Shown one piece after another: positions 19,686-29,072 of a stretch of DNA of 64,000 nt; the stretch's first letter is position 1; every line of letters begins with the position of its first letter. The stretch is from Alphaproteobacteria bacterium (lineage in GTDB: Bacteria > Pseudomonadota > Alphaproteobacteria > JAAXGF01): assembly GCA_963555825.3 (NCBI GenBank), contig CAUVXB020000001.1, positions 192,001 through 256,000 of the forward strand. Reading direction: 5' to 3'. A model generated the notes under the pieces. It was not told where the DNA came from. It saw only the letters and a list, made by a program, of their open reading frames with translations, and did no database searches. A program made the position numbers and the translations under genes.

Positions 19686-20843
19686 CTAGATCGATCAAAT
19701 TGATATGATTATGTCTCTATTTGTTTTTAGGAGGCGCGATTGATGGCGAGAGTGGCGGTGACGATCTCTTTGAGCGATGACGAGCGCGCCGAATTGGAGG
19801 CGCTGTCTCGTCGTCGCAAGACGTCGCAGGGGCTTGCGCGGCGGGCTCGGATCGTCTTGGCGGCGGCGGAAGGGTTGGAGAACAAGGAGATCGCCGTTCG
19901 TTCGAGGCGAGCGCGGACACCGTGGGCAAGTGGCGTCGCCGCTATGCGGCGGAGGGCCTCGACGGTTGTACGACGAACCCCGCCCCGGCGCGCCGCGTCA
20001 AATCGGCGATGACGCCATCGCGGAAGCGGTCCGGCTGACGCTGGAAGAGACGCCGCCGGACGCGACCCATTGGAGCCTTCGCTCGATGGCGCGGGCGAGC
20101 GGCCACGCGCCCTCGACCATTCATCGCATCTGGCGGGCCTTCGGCTTGCAGCCGCATCGCTCGGAGACCTTCAAGCTGTCGAGCGATCCCTTCTTCGTGG
20201 AGAAGGTCCGCGACATCGTCGGTCTGTATTTGGCGCCGCCGGATCGTGCCCTGGTTCTCTGTGTCGACGAAAAGAGCCAGATCCAGGCCCTGGACCGTTC
20301 CCAGCCCCTCTTGCCGATGCGCCCCGGGCAGGCGGAGCGGCGCAGCCACGACTACAAGCGCCACGGCACGACCTCTCTCTTCGCGGCCCTCGACATCGCC
20401 ACGGGAGAGATCATCGGCAAATGTTTCCCGCGCCATCGGGCCCGAGAGTTCCGCAAATTCCTCGACCTCGTCGAGGCGAACGTCCCTTGATCTCGACATC
20501 CACATCGTCATGGACAACTACGGGACCCACAAGACCAAGGCGATCCGCGACTGGTTCGCCAAACGGCCGCGCTGGCAGGCCCATTTCACACCCACCAGCG
20601 CCTCCTGGCTGAACCAGGTCGAGCGCTGGTTCGGGCTGCTGACCGACAAGCAGATCAGGCGCGGCGTCCATCGCTCCACCAAGGAGTTGGAGCGCACCAT
20701 CCTCGACTACATCGACACGACAAACCAGAACCCCAAACCCTTCACGTCTTGCGAATGGACCAAATCCGCCGATGACATCCTCGGCGCCATCCAGCGCTTC
20801 TGCCTCCGAACAATCGAAACGGACTCACTTCGGCGGACACTAG
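19686..20843 (+). pseudogene. Indel-degenerate copy of the IS630 element arrayed at 43252-47973
   Basis: Near-identical sequence with several small indels; ends in GGACACTAG. Confidence 0.9.
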
Positions 20844-21052
20844 AGCATTTCAAGTTTGATTGAATCCATACACTGAGTTTCGGAAGTAGTTTGCGCATTC
20901 TTCTGGCATGAAGAGCTCGATGATGTCGGCGATGGCGGCCCAGAGGTCATCGACGGTTCGCGCTGAGACCTTTCGAAGCAGAGCCTTGAGCTTGGCGAAG
21001 GTTTGCTCGATCGGATTGAGATCGGGCGAGTAGGGTGGCAGGTAGAGCAAAT
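20843..21052 (-). pseudogene. 3' fragment of another IS630 transposase
   Basis: YLPPYSPDLNPIEQTFAKLK...ECANYF; abuts the previous element at CTAG. Confidence 0.85.
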
Positions 21053-21054
21053 AG

Positions 21055-21999
21055 GAGATGTCCCGGTCGATGTTGAAAAGTTGAGGTAGGTGTCGCTCTC
21101 CTGGAGCCGTTAGGCTCCGGGTGCTGCAAACCCAAGAGGGAGAACGACACCATGGGAAAGAATATCCGTAGTTCCAGTAGCCCGAAAGCCCTTGCCACCT
21201 CGTTTCCTATGCCGCCGCTGGCAGACGCGATGGACGCAGTCCGTCTCAGCGTGGATCGGTTCTGTCTCCTGGCCGGGGTCGAGGCCTTGGCCGAGATGAT
21301 GGAGGAGGACGCCACGACCGTGTGCGGGGCCCGACATCGTCGCCATGGGAACCGTCGGGGTTATCGCTGGGGCCATACGCAGAGCGAGATCGGCTACCAC
21401 GGCGGCCGCGTGAAAGTGCAGCGGCCACGGGTTCGCGACCATGCTGGCAAGGAGGTGGGTTTGGAGAGCTGGCAGGTGCTGCGCGACGGCAACCTGTTGC
21501 TCGAGTGGGCGCTCAACCTGATGGTCCTGAACGTGTCGACCCGCAAGTACCACCGCGCGGTCCGTCTGCCCGAGGGCGACCTGGCGAAAGCGCGTGGCGA
21601 CGGCACCTCGAAGTCGGCCGTTTCCCGGCGCTTTGTGGCGCTGTCGCGCAAGAAGATGAAGGCCTGGCTCGCCTCGGACCTCTCGGAACTCGACCTGCTG
21701 GTCATCCAGATCGACGGTCTGCATGTCGGCGACCATGTCTTGGCGGCGGCGATCGGCGTCGATGGCAACGGCGACAAGCATGTCCTGGCCGTGGTCGAGG
21801 GGGCGACGGAGAACACTGTCGTCGTCCAGGCCTTGCTCGACAATCTCCTCGCCAGGGGGCTCGATCCGACGCTGCCCCGGCTGTTCATCGTCGATGGCGC
21901 GAAGGCGCTCAGCAAAGCGATCCGCAACACCTTCGGTGTGGCCGCCGCCATCCAGCGCTGCCAGGTCCACAAGGGCCGTAACATCATCGAGCGCCTGCC
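21055..21999 (+). mobile_element. IS256-family element (second type), 3'-truncated; transposase from 21152
   Basis: IQIDG, EGATEN, FIVDGAKAL and QRCQVHK motifs; cut at 22000. Confidence 0.85.
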
Positions 22000-23337
22000 T
22001 GTGGCTCCCATAAATCCTATCTGCCGCAGAAATCCTAGTATTCCCGGCTTGTGCCGGATAGCGTCTCCGACATGTGCACGACCATTCGAATTGTCCTTGC
22101 CATGGTCCGTGAGGCTTTCCTCAGCCGCGCGGCGTTGCATCTTGAGAACCTTGCCCTGCGACAGCAGCTTGCCGCCTTAGATCGGAAAGGAGCCAGGCCA
22201 TCGCTTCGGATGGCCGATCGCCTTTTCTGGGTCGTCCTGTCTCGGCTGTGGTCGGGTTGGAGGGAGATCCTGGTGATCGTCAAGCCGGAGACGGTTATCG
22301 GCTGGCATCGAAAGGGCTTCCGACGTTTCTGGACCCGGAAGTCGCGACGGGGGAAGCCGGGACGACCGCCCGTGTCGAGCGAATTCCGAGGGCTTATCCG
22401 CCGGATGTCTCGGGAGAATCCGTTGTGGGGCGCTCCCCGAATCCACGGTGAGCTCAGGATGCTCGGCTTCGAGGTCTCCGAGGCGGCCGTGTCCAAGTAC
22501 ATGCCGCGCCATCCAAAGCCACCTTCGCAGACATGGCGGACGTTCCTCGAGAACCACGTCGGGTGCCTAGCGTCGACCGACTTCTTCGTCGTACCCACCG
22601 CGACGTTCAGTCTTCTATTCGTGCTCGTTGTGCTGCGGCACGAGCGTCGGCGGATTGTTCACATCGGCACCACGGCACACCCGACTGCGGCGTGGGTCGC
22701 GCAACAGATCCGGGAGGCCTTTCCGTGGGAGACAGCACCACGGTATATGATCCGAGATCGGGATCGTGTGTACGGTATTGCCTTTCGTTCGCGGATAAAG
22801 GCGATGGGCATCGAAGAGGTCGTGACGGCGCCGCGATCGCCGTGGCAGTCGCCGTACGTTGAGCGCGTGATCGGGTCCATCAGGCGAGAGTGTCTGGATC
22901 ACGTGATCGTTCTAAACGAACGGCATCTGCGGGCGATACTCTTGTCGTACATCGACTACTACCAGCGATCCCGCACGCACCTGGCGCTAGGCAAGGATAC
23001 CCCTGAACGGCGATCGGTTCAGCCGGCTGGCGCCGGGAAGATCGTGGCGTTTCCACAGGTCGGCGGGCTGCATCATCGGTACCAGCGGTTGGCGGCCTGA
23101 CTGGCACCGGCTATCGTATAATCGGCTTGCGGCGATGATTCTGACGCCGTCGGGGTCGCCGTAACCTCAGCAATCCGTCTTACTATGGCAAGGCCCCCCA
23201 AGCCGGTTGCCGATCGATGTGGGCGTCGTTTCCGAAGATGACTATGCCCGCCTCACAGCGAAGATGGTGCCATCACCAGTGCCGGCGGACCGGTCGGCGT
23301 TCTTGATGCACCCCGGATGAGATAAATGGGAGGCACA
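22000..23337 (+). mobile_element. IS with integrase-core (rve) transposase (IS3/IS481-like)
   Basis: IR TGTGGCTCCCAT / ATGGGAGGCACA; flanks come from two different broken elements. Confidence 0.8.
22072..23100 (+). CDS. Integrase-core domain transposase
   Basis: LENLALRQQL, WGAPRIHGEL, DFFVVPT, IRDRD and ERVIGSIRRECLD motifs. Confidence 0.88.
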   Translation: MCTTIRIVLAMVREAFLSRAALHLENLALRQQLAALDRKGARPSLRMADRLFWVVLSRLWSGWREILVIVKPETVIGWHRKGFRRFWTRKSRRGKPGRPPVSSEFRGLIRRMSRENPLWGAPRIHGELRMLGFEVSEAAVSKYMPRHPKPPSQTWRTFLENHVGCLASTDFFVVPTATFSLLFVLVVLRHERRRIVHIGTTAHPTAAWVAQQIREAFPWETAPRYMIRDRDRVYGIAFRSRIKAMGIEEVVTAPRSPWQSPYVERVIGSIRRECLDHVIVLNERHLRAILLSYIDYYQRSRTHLALGKDTPERRSVQPAGAGKIVAFPQVGGLHHRYQRLAA

Positions 23338-23338
23338 G

Positions 23339-23675
23339 CTGGTCGCCATGGCCAATAAGACAGCCCGTGTCGCCTGGGCACTGCTCAGGTACGAGCGTAT
23401 CTACCGACCGACGCCGGCATAGCCAGCTGGCAAACCGGGATCAAATTGCGAGGGTAACGACGATTTGATGGCGAAACAGGGTTCCACCCGAGATCGGCCA
23501 AACCCGAGGCATTGTCCGAGCATCAAGCTCGTTAGTCTGACTGGGCGTCGATCTTTCGGATTCCATCAGGGCCAGCGGTCAGCGTACCGCAGAGAAAAGG
23601 CCGGATACATGACTGCAAGCTCTACCGCCGATTCAAATCAGTTTTCCCCTTGCAACACCGGGGGCGTCCATACAT
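23339..23675 (+). mobile_element. IS110-family (IS1111-type) 3' remnant with downstream non-coding end
   Basis: VAMANKTARVAWALL...* (stop 23420-23422); ~250-nt non-coding region ending GGGGGCGTCCATACAT. Confidence 0.75.
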
Positions 23676-23801
23676 GACAATGCCAATCAGCGAGATATTG
23701 TCCCCATCATCGAAGAGAGTCATCAAGCGGTCGACATCTTTGGAGCAGTAAGCCTCTGAGTATTCCTCAAGCGTGGCTAGAACAGCCTCTTCATCCGTCA
23801 T
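23676..23801 (-). pseudogene. 5' fragment of an NTF2/SnoaL-like protein
   Basis: MTDEEAVLATLEEYSEAYCSKDVDRLMTLFDD; truncated by the IS1111 end. Confidence 0.5.
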
Positions 23802-23830
23802 TTGTAAATCCCCCGGCCTCCGATGTGGCC

Positions 23831-23978
23831 TAAGGGCCGCAAGGACCGCTATGCCATGCTGTCCGAGCATCTCCTCCATCTGCTGCGGACCTACTGGAAA
23901 GCGTCACGGCCGCAGGGCTGGCTGTTTCCGGGTCAGAACCCGGTCAATCCGCTGACCACCTGTCAGTTGAGACGCGCC
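23831..23978 (+). pseudogene. Tyrosine recombinase internal fragment
   Basis: KGRKDRYAMLS...YWKASRPQGWLFPG. Confidence 0.65.
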
Positions 23979-24011
23979 TTGAATGAGTCGTTATAACCGT
24001 TCTCCCATGGG

Positions 24012-25301
24012 CTACACGATTCGCGCATAGCGTTCGCGCTCCCAGTCACTGACGGCTCTCTGCCAGGCGCGCAGCTCCCACGCCCGGGAGATTTCGTAGT
24101 ACTTGCTGAAGTCTTCACCGAGCGCGGCTCGAAGCACCTCGTCGGTGCGGAAAGCGTTGAGCGCGCTTTCCAGCGAGTTCGGGAGAGCGAGAAGATCGGC
24201 CCGGTCAGACACGTCGCCTTCGAGTGGGGGGGGAGGCGCCGACTCGTGGTGGATACCGTCGCAGGCCGAGGCGACGAGCACCGCCAGCGCGAGATAGGGG
24301 TTGGCGTCGGCGCCGGGCCGGCGGCACTCGATGCGCGAGTGCTCGTGGCGGGCGGAGTGAATGGCACGGATCGACGCGGAGCGATTCTCGTAACCCCAGC
24401 TCACGTTGACCGGAGCGAAGTATCCGGGCACCAGGCGTTTGTACGAGTTGACCGTCGGATTCAGCAGCAGCGACGCCGCTGGCAGGTGGTCGAGCACACC
24501 CGCGATCGCCGCGGCTGCCACGGGTGTAGCATCATCGGCAGGCGCCGCCGGGGCGAACGCGTTTGTCCCATCGCGCCACAACGAAAGATGCACGTGGCCG
24601 CTCGAGCCCTCCTCCAACGGCATGGTCTTCGCCAGGAAGCTGGCGCGCAGCCCCAGCGCAGCCGCCACGTCCTTGACCGCGAACTTGACGAACGCGGCGT
24701 CGTCGGCGGCTCGCAACCCGGAACGGGCTTCGATGTTCAGCTCCAGCAGCCCCGGGCCTGCCTCGGTGTGGACGGCCTCGAGCTCGACGCCCAGACCCTC
24801 GAGCGCGGGCACCAGGCTGGAGAGCAGGGCATCGAAGCGACCGATCTCATTCAGGTGGTAGCTGAGCCCGCTCGACAGGGGCTCCGCGTCGCGATCCCAG
24901 AGACGGACCTCGTACTCAAACGCGGCCAGCACCTCGTAGCCGAGACCCACCATGGCGGCGAGCGAATCGCGCAACACCTCGCGCGAGGCGAGGTCGCAGG
25001 GACTGCCATCGCGCCAGCTCGGCGTAGCGAGGCAGATTCGCCACCCCGGCCGCCAGCTCAGCTCGCGCAGGGTCTCTGTTTCGGGCACGATCAAGAGGTC
25101 GGGCGCGCCGGCGCGAATCCCATGGTGCTCGTAGTCGGCAATGGGTTCATCCACGGGGTCGAGGCCGAGCCAGAGGTCAGTCATCACGGTCCCGTTGTCG
25201 ACCGCCGACTGGAAGGCCAGCGGCCGGAGCGCCTTCCCCCGAATCGAACCGTGCACGTCGGGCATCCCGAGCAGCACGAACTCTTCGTCCGGGGCCGTCA
25301 T
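24012..25301 (-). CDS. Glutamine synthetase-like protein (putative gamma-glutamyl-amine ligase)
   Basis: FEYE, EAGPGLLE, SSGHVHLSL, NSYKRL and ECRRPGADANPY motifs. Confidence 0.9.
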   Translation of the reverse strand: MTAPDEEFVLLGMPDVHGSIRGKALRPLAFQSAVDNGTVMTDLWLGLDPVDEPIADYEHHGIRAGAPDLLIVPETETLRELSWRPGWRICLATPSWRDGSPCDLASREVLRDSLAAMVGLGYEVLAAFEYEVRLWDRDAEPLSSGLSYHLNEIGRFDALLSSLVPALEGLGVELEAVHTEAGPGLLELNIEARSGLRAADDAAFVKFAVKDVAAALGLRASFLAKTMPLEEGSSGHVHLSLWRDGTNAFAPAAPADDATPVAAAAIAGVLDHLPAASLLLNPTVNSYKRLVPGYFAPVNVSWGYENRSASIRAIHSARHEHSRIECRRPGADANPYLALAVLVASACDGIHHESAPPPPLEGDVSDRADLLALPNSLESALNAFRTDEVLRAALGEDFSKYYEISRAWELRAWQRAVSDWERERYARIV

Positions 25302-26671
25302 TGCTCTCCTCGAGCGGCAGCACCCGGACCGGTGAGTGCCGCCTTCACGTTGCGCTCGACCTCGGCCACCGTCTCGGCGAAGCGTTCGATCATCTCCGCG
25401 AGCTCCTCGTCGGTGCTCGTGTAGGCAGGGGCCAGCAGCGTCTGGTCCCCGGCGAAGCCGTCGCTGGTCGGGTGGGTGGACGTGATCAGCAACCCTCGCT
25501 TGAGCGCCTTGGCATCGACGAGACTGGCCGTGTCGAGCGCATCCGGGAGAAAGGATTGCCCGTCCCGCGGGTCGACGTACTCGACGCCGAGCAGGAATCC
25601 ATGGCCGCGCACCTCGCCGACAATCTCGCACCCGGCAAGCGCGGTCTCAAGCTCCTCTCGCAGCGACGGTCCACGTGCGCTGACGTGGCCCACCAGTTGG
25701 TGGTCGACCATGTAGTCGAGAACGGCGAGGCCGACCGAGCACGGAAGCGGCGCACCGTCCCAGGTGTGCCCCAGATCGAAGGATTTCGAGCCGCTGGCGA
25801 GAGCCTCGTACACATGCTCGCGGCACAGCGTTGCCGCCAGCGGGGCATAACCGGCACCAAGGCTCTTTCCCGTGGTGACGATGTCAGGCTCGATGGCTAA
25901 GCCGTGCCCGGCGAACCACCGTCCGGTTCGGCCCATGCCGGTGACGACCTCATCGAAACAGATCAGGAACCCGTGACGCTCGCGGCGCTCGGCCAGCCCC
26001 TCCCAGAACCGTGCCGGAGGCGAGTACGCGGGCAACGCCGCCGCACTGATCGGCTCACAGAAAAACGCCGAGACCGTCTCGGGCCCGGCCTCCTCTAGCG
26101 CACGATCGAGCGCCTCGAGGGCGGCTTCACCGGTTGGATCGAACCGCTTCGTGCTCGGCGGTATGTGCAGATGCTCGCTCAGATACGGAACGAACGGTCC
26201 CTGGAGCCCAGGACGTCCCGTCAACGCCAACGCCGCCATCGTGGCTCCGTGATACGCCTGCGCCGGCGAAATCACCCGCCACCGCTGCGGTTCCCCTCGG
26301 TCGACGTGATACACCCGCGCCAGCCGAAGCGCCGTCTCGTTCGCCTCGGCACCACCGCTCCCAAACCGCACGCGCGCCATCTCCGGTGCCGCCACGTCAA
26401 GCAGCCGTTCGGCGAGACGCTCCTGGGGCTCGTTCGTGAAAAAATGGTTATACATATAGGTGATCTCACCGGCGCGCTCCCAGGCGGCGTCGGCGATCTC
26501 ACCGAGGCCATGGCCGATGCTGGCGGCCATGGCACCGCCCGAGCAGGCGTCGAGGATCTCGCGGCCTTCGGTGGTGTAGAGCCACACGCCCTCGCCGCGG
26601 TCTATGTTCGGATAGGGCCAGTCGAGGAGGCGCGGAAAGACGCTCGTGGCGCCGGCCTCGATCCCGATCAC
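25298..26671 (-). CDS. Class III PLP aminotransferase
   Basis: GAEANE, AYHG, FDEVVTGMGRTG and GKSLGAG motifs; GTGA/ATGA coupling to neighbours. Confidence 0.93.
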   Translation of the reverse strand: MIGIEAGATSVFPRLLDWPYPNIDRGEGVWLYTTEGREILDACSGGAMAASIGHGLGEIADAAWERAGEITYMYNHFFTNEPQERLAERLLDVAAPEMARVRFGSGGAEANETALRLARVYHVDRGEPQRWRVISPAQAYHGATMAALALTGRPGLQGPFVPYLSEHLHIPPSTKRFDPTGEAALEALDRALEEAGPETVSAFFCEPISAAALPAYSPPARFWEGLAERRERHGFLICFDEVVTGMGRTGRWFAGHGLAIEPDIVTTGKSLGAGYAPLAATLCREHVYEALASGSKSFDLGHTWDGAPLPCSVGLAVLDYMVDHQLVGHVSARGPSLREELETALAGCEIVGEVRGHGFLLGVEYVDPRDGQSFLPDALDTASLVDAKALKRGLLITSTHPTSDGFAGDQTLLAPAYTSTDEELAEMIERFAETVAEVERNVKAALTGPGAAARGEQ

Positions 26672-28477
26672 GATGCCGTCTTCCTGGCCTTCACACGACC
26701 GACGCACGCATCGGGTACGCGACGCGGGAGCCCGGCTATATCCTCGGCGAATCGTTCGAACAATTGCAACGCGATTTGTCGTGACGCGTCGGCCATGCGA
26801 TTGGTCTCCTCGAGCAACTCGTCGGGATCGACGCCTACCTCGGCGAGCTCATGGGGATAGGTCTTCACCCAGACGTCCATGATTTCCGGTGTGACCTCCG
26901 GGTGAAACTGCACCCCGAGGCTGCGACCGATGATGAATACCTGCGGACCTGCATCGCTGTCGGCCACCAGCTTCGCGTCTCGCGGGAGGGTGAAGGTGTC
27001 GAAATGCCACTGAAACCAGGGCCCTTCCGGCACCAGTTCCACGTTGCTGCTTCGCACCGGAAGCCACCCTACCTCCGACAGCTCGCCGCGATAGCACTCC
27101 CCGCCGAGGATCCGTGCCAGCAACTGGCCGCCGAAACAAAGACCGAGTATCGGAACCTCGGCCTCGGTCGCGTCGAGGAACAAGCGCTTCTCCCGCTCGA
27201 TCCACGGGAGCCAATCATCGAAGGCCGCGTACTGGGAGCCGAGAGACGCGAGGAGGTCGTAGTCCCGGGGGTCGACGTTCCGGTCGTCCAGGTCGATACG
27301 GAACACGTCCACAGCCGCGCCCAGATCAGCGAGCCACTCACTGAGCACACCCGGCGGCGTGGCGTCTTCGTGCTGTACGATCAGCGCCCGCACGTTGCCG
27401 TCAGTTTCGCTCACGGCGCATCTCCTTCCGCGACGGCAGGCGAACGGTATCCTTGCCGGGACAGCTCGCGCTCAACCTGCTCGGCCACTTCTGCCACCGA
27501 GGCGGCAAAGCGACGAACCATCTCCGCGAGGTCCGCTTCGGTGGTCACGAATGGCGGGGCGAAGAGGCTTTGATCTCCCGCATACCCGTCGCCAGTGGGC
27601 TGTGTGGAGAGGACGAGCAGCCCGTTCCTGGCAGCGGCTTGATCGATTCGACCGGCCACCCCCAGCTCGCGCGGGAGAAACGACCACCCGTCGCGGGGGT
27701 CGACGTAGTCGACGCCGAGCAGAAAACCGTGGCCACGTACCTCACCCATGAGATCGATCCCGGCGAGCGCGGCCTCGAGCTCCTCTCGAAGCGGGGGTCC
27801 ACGCGCCGCAACGTGCTCCACGAGCCCTTCGGAGCGCAAGGCGTCGATCACGGCAACACCAACCGCACAGGACAACGGAGCCCCGTCCCAGGTGTGACCC
27901 AGCGGAAACGCACGAGACCCATCGGCGACCGCGCAGTAGACGTGCTCGCGGCAGATCGCTGCACCGATCGCGGCGTACCCGGCACCCAGACCCTTCGCCG
28001 TGGCAATGATGTCGGGGAGCATGGGCAAACCCTCGGCCGCGAACCATCGTCCGGTTCGGCCCATGCCGGTGACGACCTCATCGAAACAGATCAGGAACCC
28101 GTGACGCTCGCGGCGCTCGGCCAGCCCCTCCCAGAACCGTGCCGGAGGCGAGTACGCGGGCAACGCCGCCGCACTGATCGGCTCACAGAAAAACGCCGAG
28201 ACCGTCTCGGGCCCGGCCTCCTCTAGCGCACGATCGAGCGCCTCGAGGGCGGCTTCACCGGTTGGATCGAACCGCTTCGTGCTCGGCGGTATGTGCAGAT
28301 GCTCGCTCAGATACGGAACGAACGGTCCCTGGAGCCCAGGACGTCCCGTCAACGCCAACGCCGCCATCGTGGCTCCGTGATACGCCTGCGCCGGCGAAAT
28401 CACCCGCCACCGCTGCGGTTCCCCTCGGTCGACGTGATACACCCGCGCCAGCCGAAGCGCCGTCTCGTTCGCCTCGG
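25920..28477. repeat. 430-bp identical direct repeat (25920-26349 and 28048-28477) inside the two aminotransferases
   Basis: Identical by visual comparison; flanking sequence diverges. Confidence 0.9.
26668..27414 (-). CDS. Type 1 glutamine amidotransferase (putative gamma-glutamyl hydrolase)
   Basis: GLCFGGQ nucleophile elbow; QWHFD and QFHPE motifs. Confidence 0.92.
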   Translation of the reverse strand: MSETDGNVRALIVQHEDATPPGVLSEWLADLGAAVDVFRIDLDDRNVDPRDYDLLASLGSQYAAFDDWLPWIEREKRLFLDATEAEVPILGLCFGGQLLARILGGECYRGELSEVGWLPVRSSNVELVPEGPWFQWHFDTFTLPRDAKLVADSDAGPQVFIIGRSLGVQFHPEVTPEIMDVWVKTYPHELAEVGVDPDELLEETNRMADASRQIALQLFERFAEDIAGLPRRVPDACVGRVKARKTAS

Positions 28478-28805
28478 ATCCGCTGGTGACGAACCGGACG
28501 CGGGTGAAGCCCCCGGGCGCGACGTCGACGAGCTCGCGGGCGAGGCGTTCCTGCCACGGGTTCGTGAGCCGCTCGTTGTGGACGTAGGCGAGCCGCTTCG
28601 CCTGGTTGCGTGCCACCTCGATCAGATCGCGGCGCCCGTGCCCGAGCGTTGCCGCCATTGAGCCACCGCTCATTGCGTCCAGATAGCGCCGCCCCGCCGA
28701 ATCCTCGACCCAGACACCCTCGCCCCGGACAACGACGGGATATGGCCGGTCTAGTACCAGGGGGAGAACCGACGTAGACGCGCTGTCAACGCTCGATGTC
28801 GTCAT
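27411..28805 (-). CDS. Class III PLP aminotransferase (paralog)
   Basis: SGSEANE, FDEVVTG and AKGLGAG motifs. Confidence 0.93.
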   Translation of the reverse strand: MTTSSVDSASTSVLPLVLDRPYPVVVRGEGVWVEDSAGRRYLDAMSGGSMAATLGHGRRDLIEVARNQAKRLAYVHNERLTNPWQERLARELVDVAPGGFTRVRFVTSGSEANETALRLARVYHVDRGEPQRWRVISPAQAYHGATMAALALTGRPGLQGPFVPYLSEHLHIPPSTKRFDPTGEAALEALDRALEEAGPETVSAFFCEPISAAALPAYSPPARFWEGLAERRERHGFLICFDEVVTGMGRTGRWFAAEGLPMLPDIIATAKGLGAGYAAIGAAICREHVYCAVADGSRAFPLGHTWDGAPLSCAVGVAVIDALRSEGLVEHVAARGPPLREELEAALAGIDLMGEVRGHGFLLGVDYVDPRDGWSFLPRELGVAGRIDQAAARNGLLVLSTQPTGDGYAGDQSLFAPPFVTTEADLAEMVRRFAASVAEVAEQVERELSRQGYRSPAVAEGDAP

Positions 28806-29072
28806 TTTAATTGGCGCCTTGGAAATAACGGCGTGATGCGATGTGGGAGGTGGTCAGCATCGTGCCGACGAGAACCCGTTCGCGGGTTCACCATAAGCCA
28901 CTTCCCGTGGCGATAGTCAACGTTCCTGGCCCAGGCGCCCAGTCCTCCCGTAAGCGTTCGTTCAGGCCGTGGAATGGGTCCCGTCAAGCGCATCTCCCAC
29001 GTTGAGGCGAGGCCCCACAAGGTGCTGTCTTTCTGCTGGTAACGCGATTTGCCATGCGCTATCGTCGTGCGC

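Noticed and set aside
28890-28925. Minus-strand promoter TTGACT...TATGGT for the aminotransferase operon
   Set aside because: The spacer is 19 bp; too weak to call.
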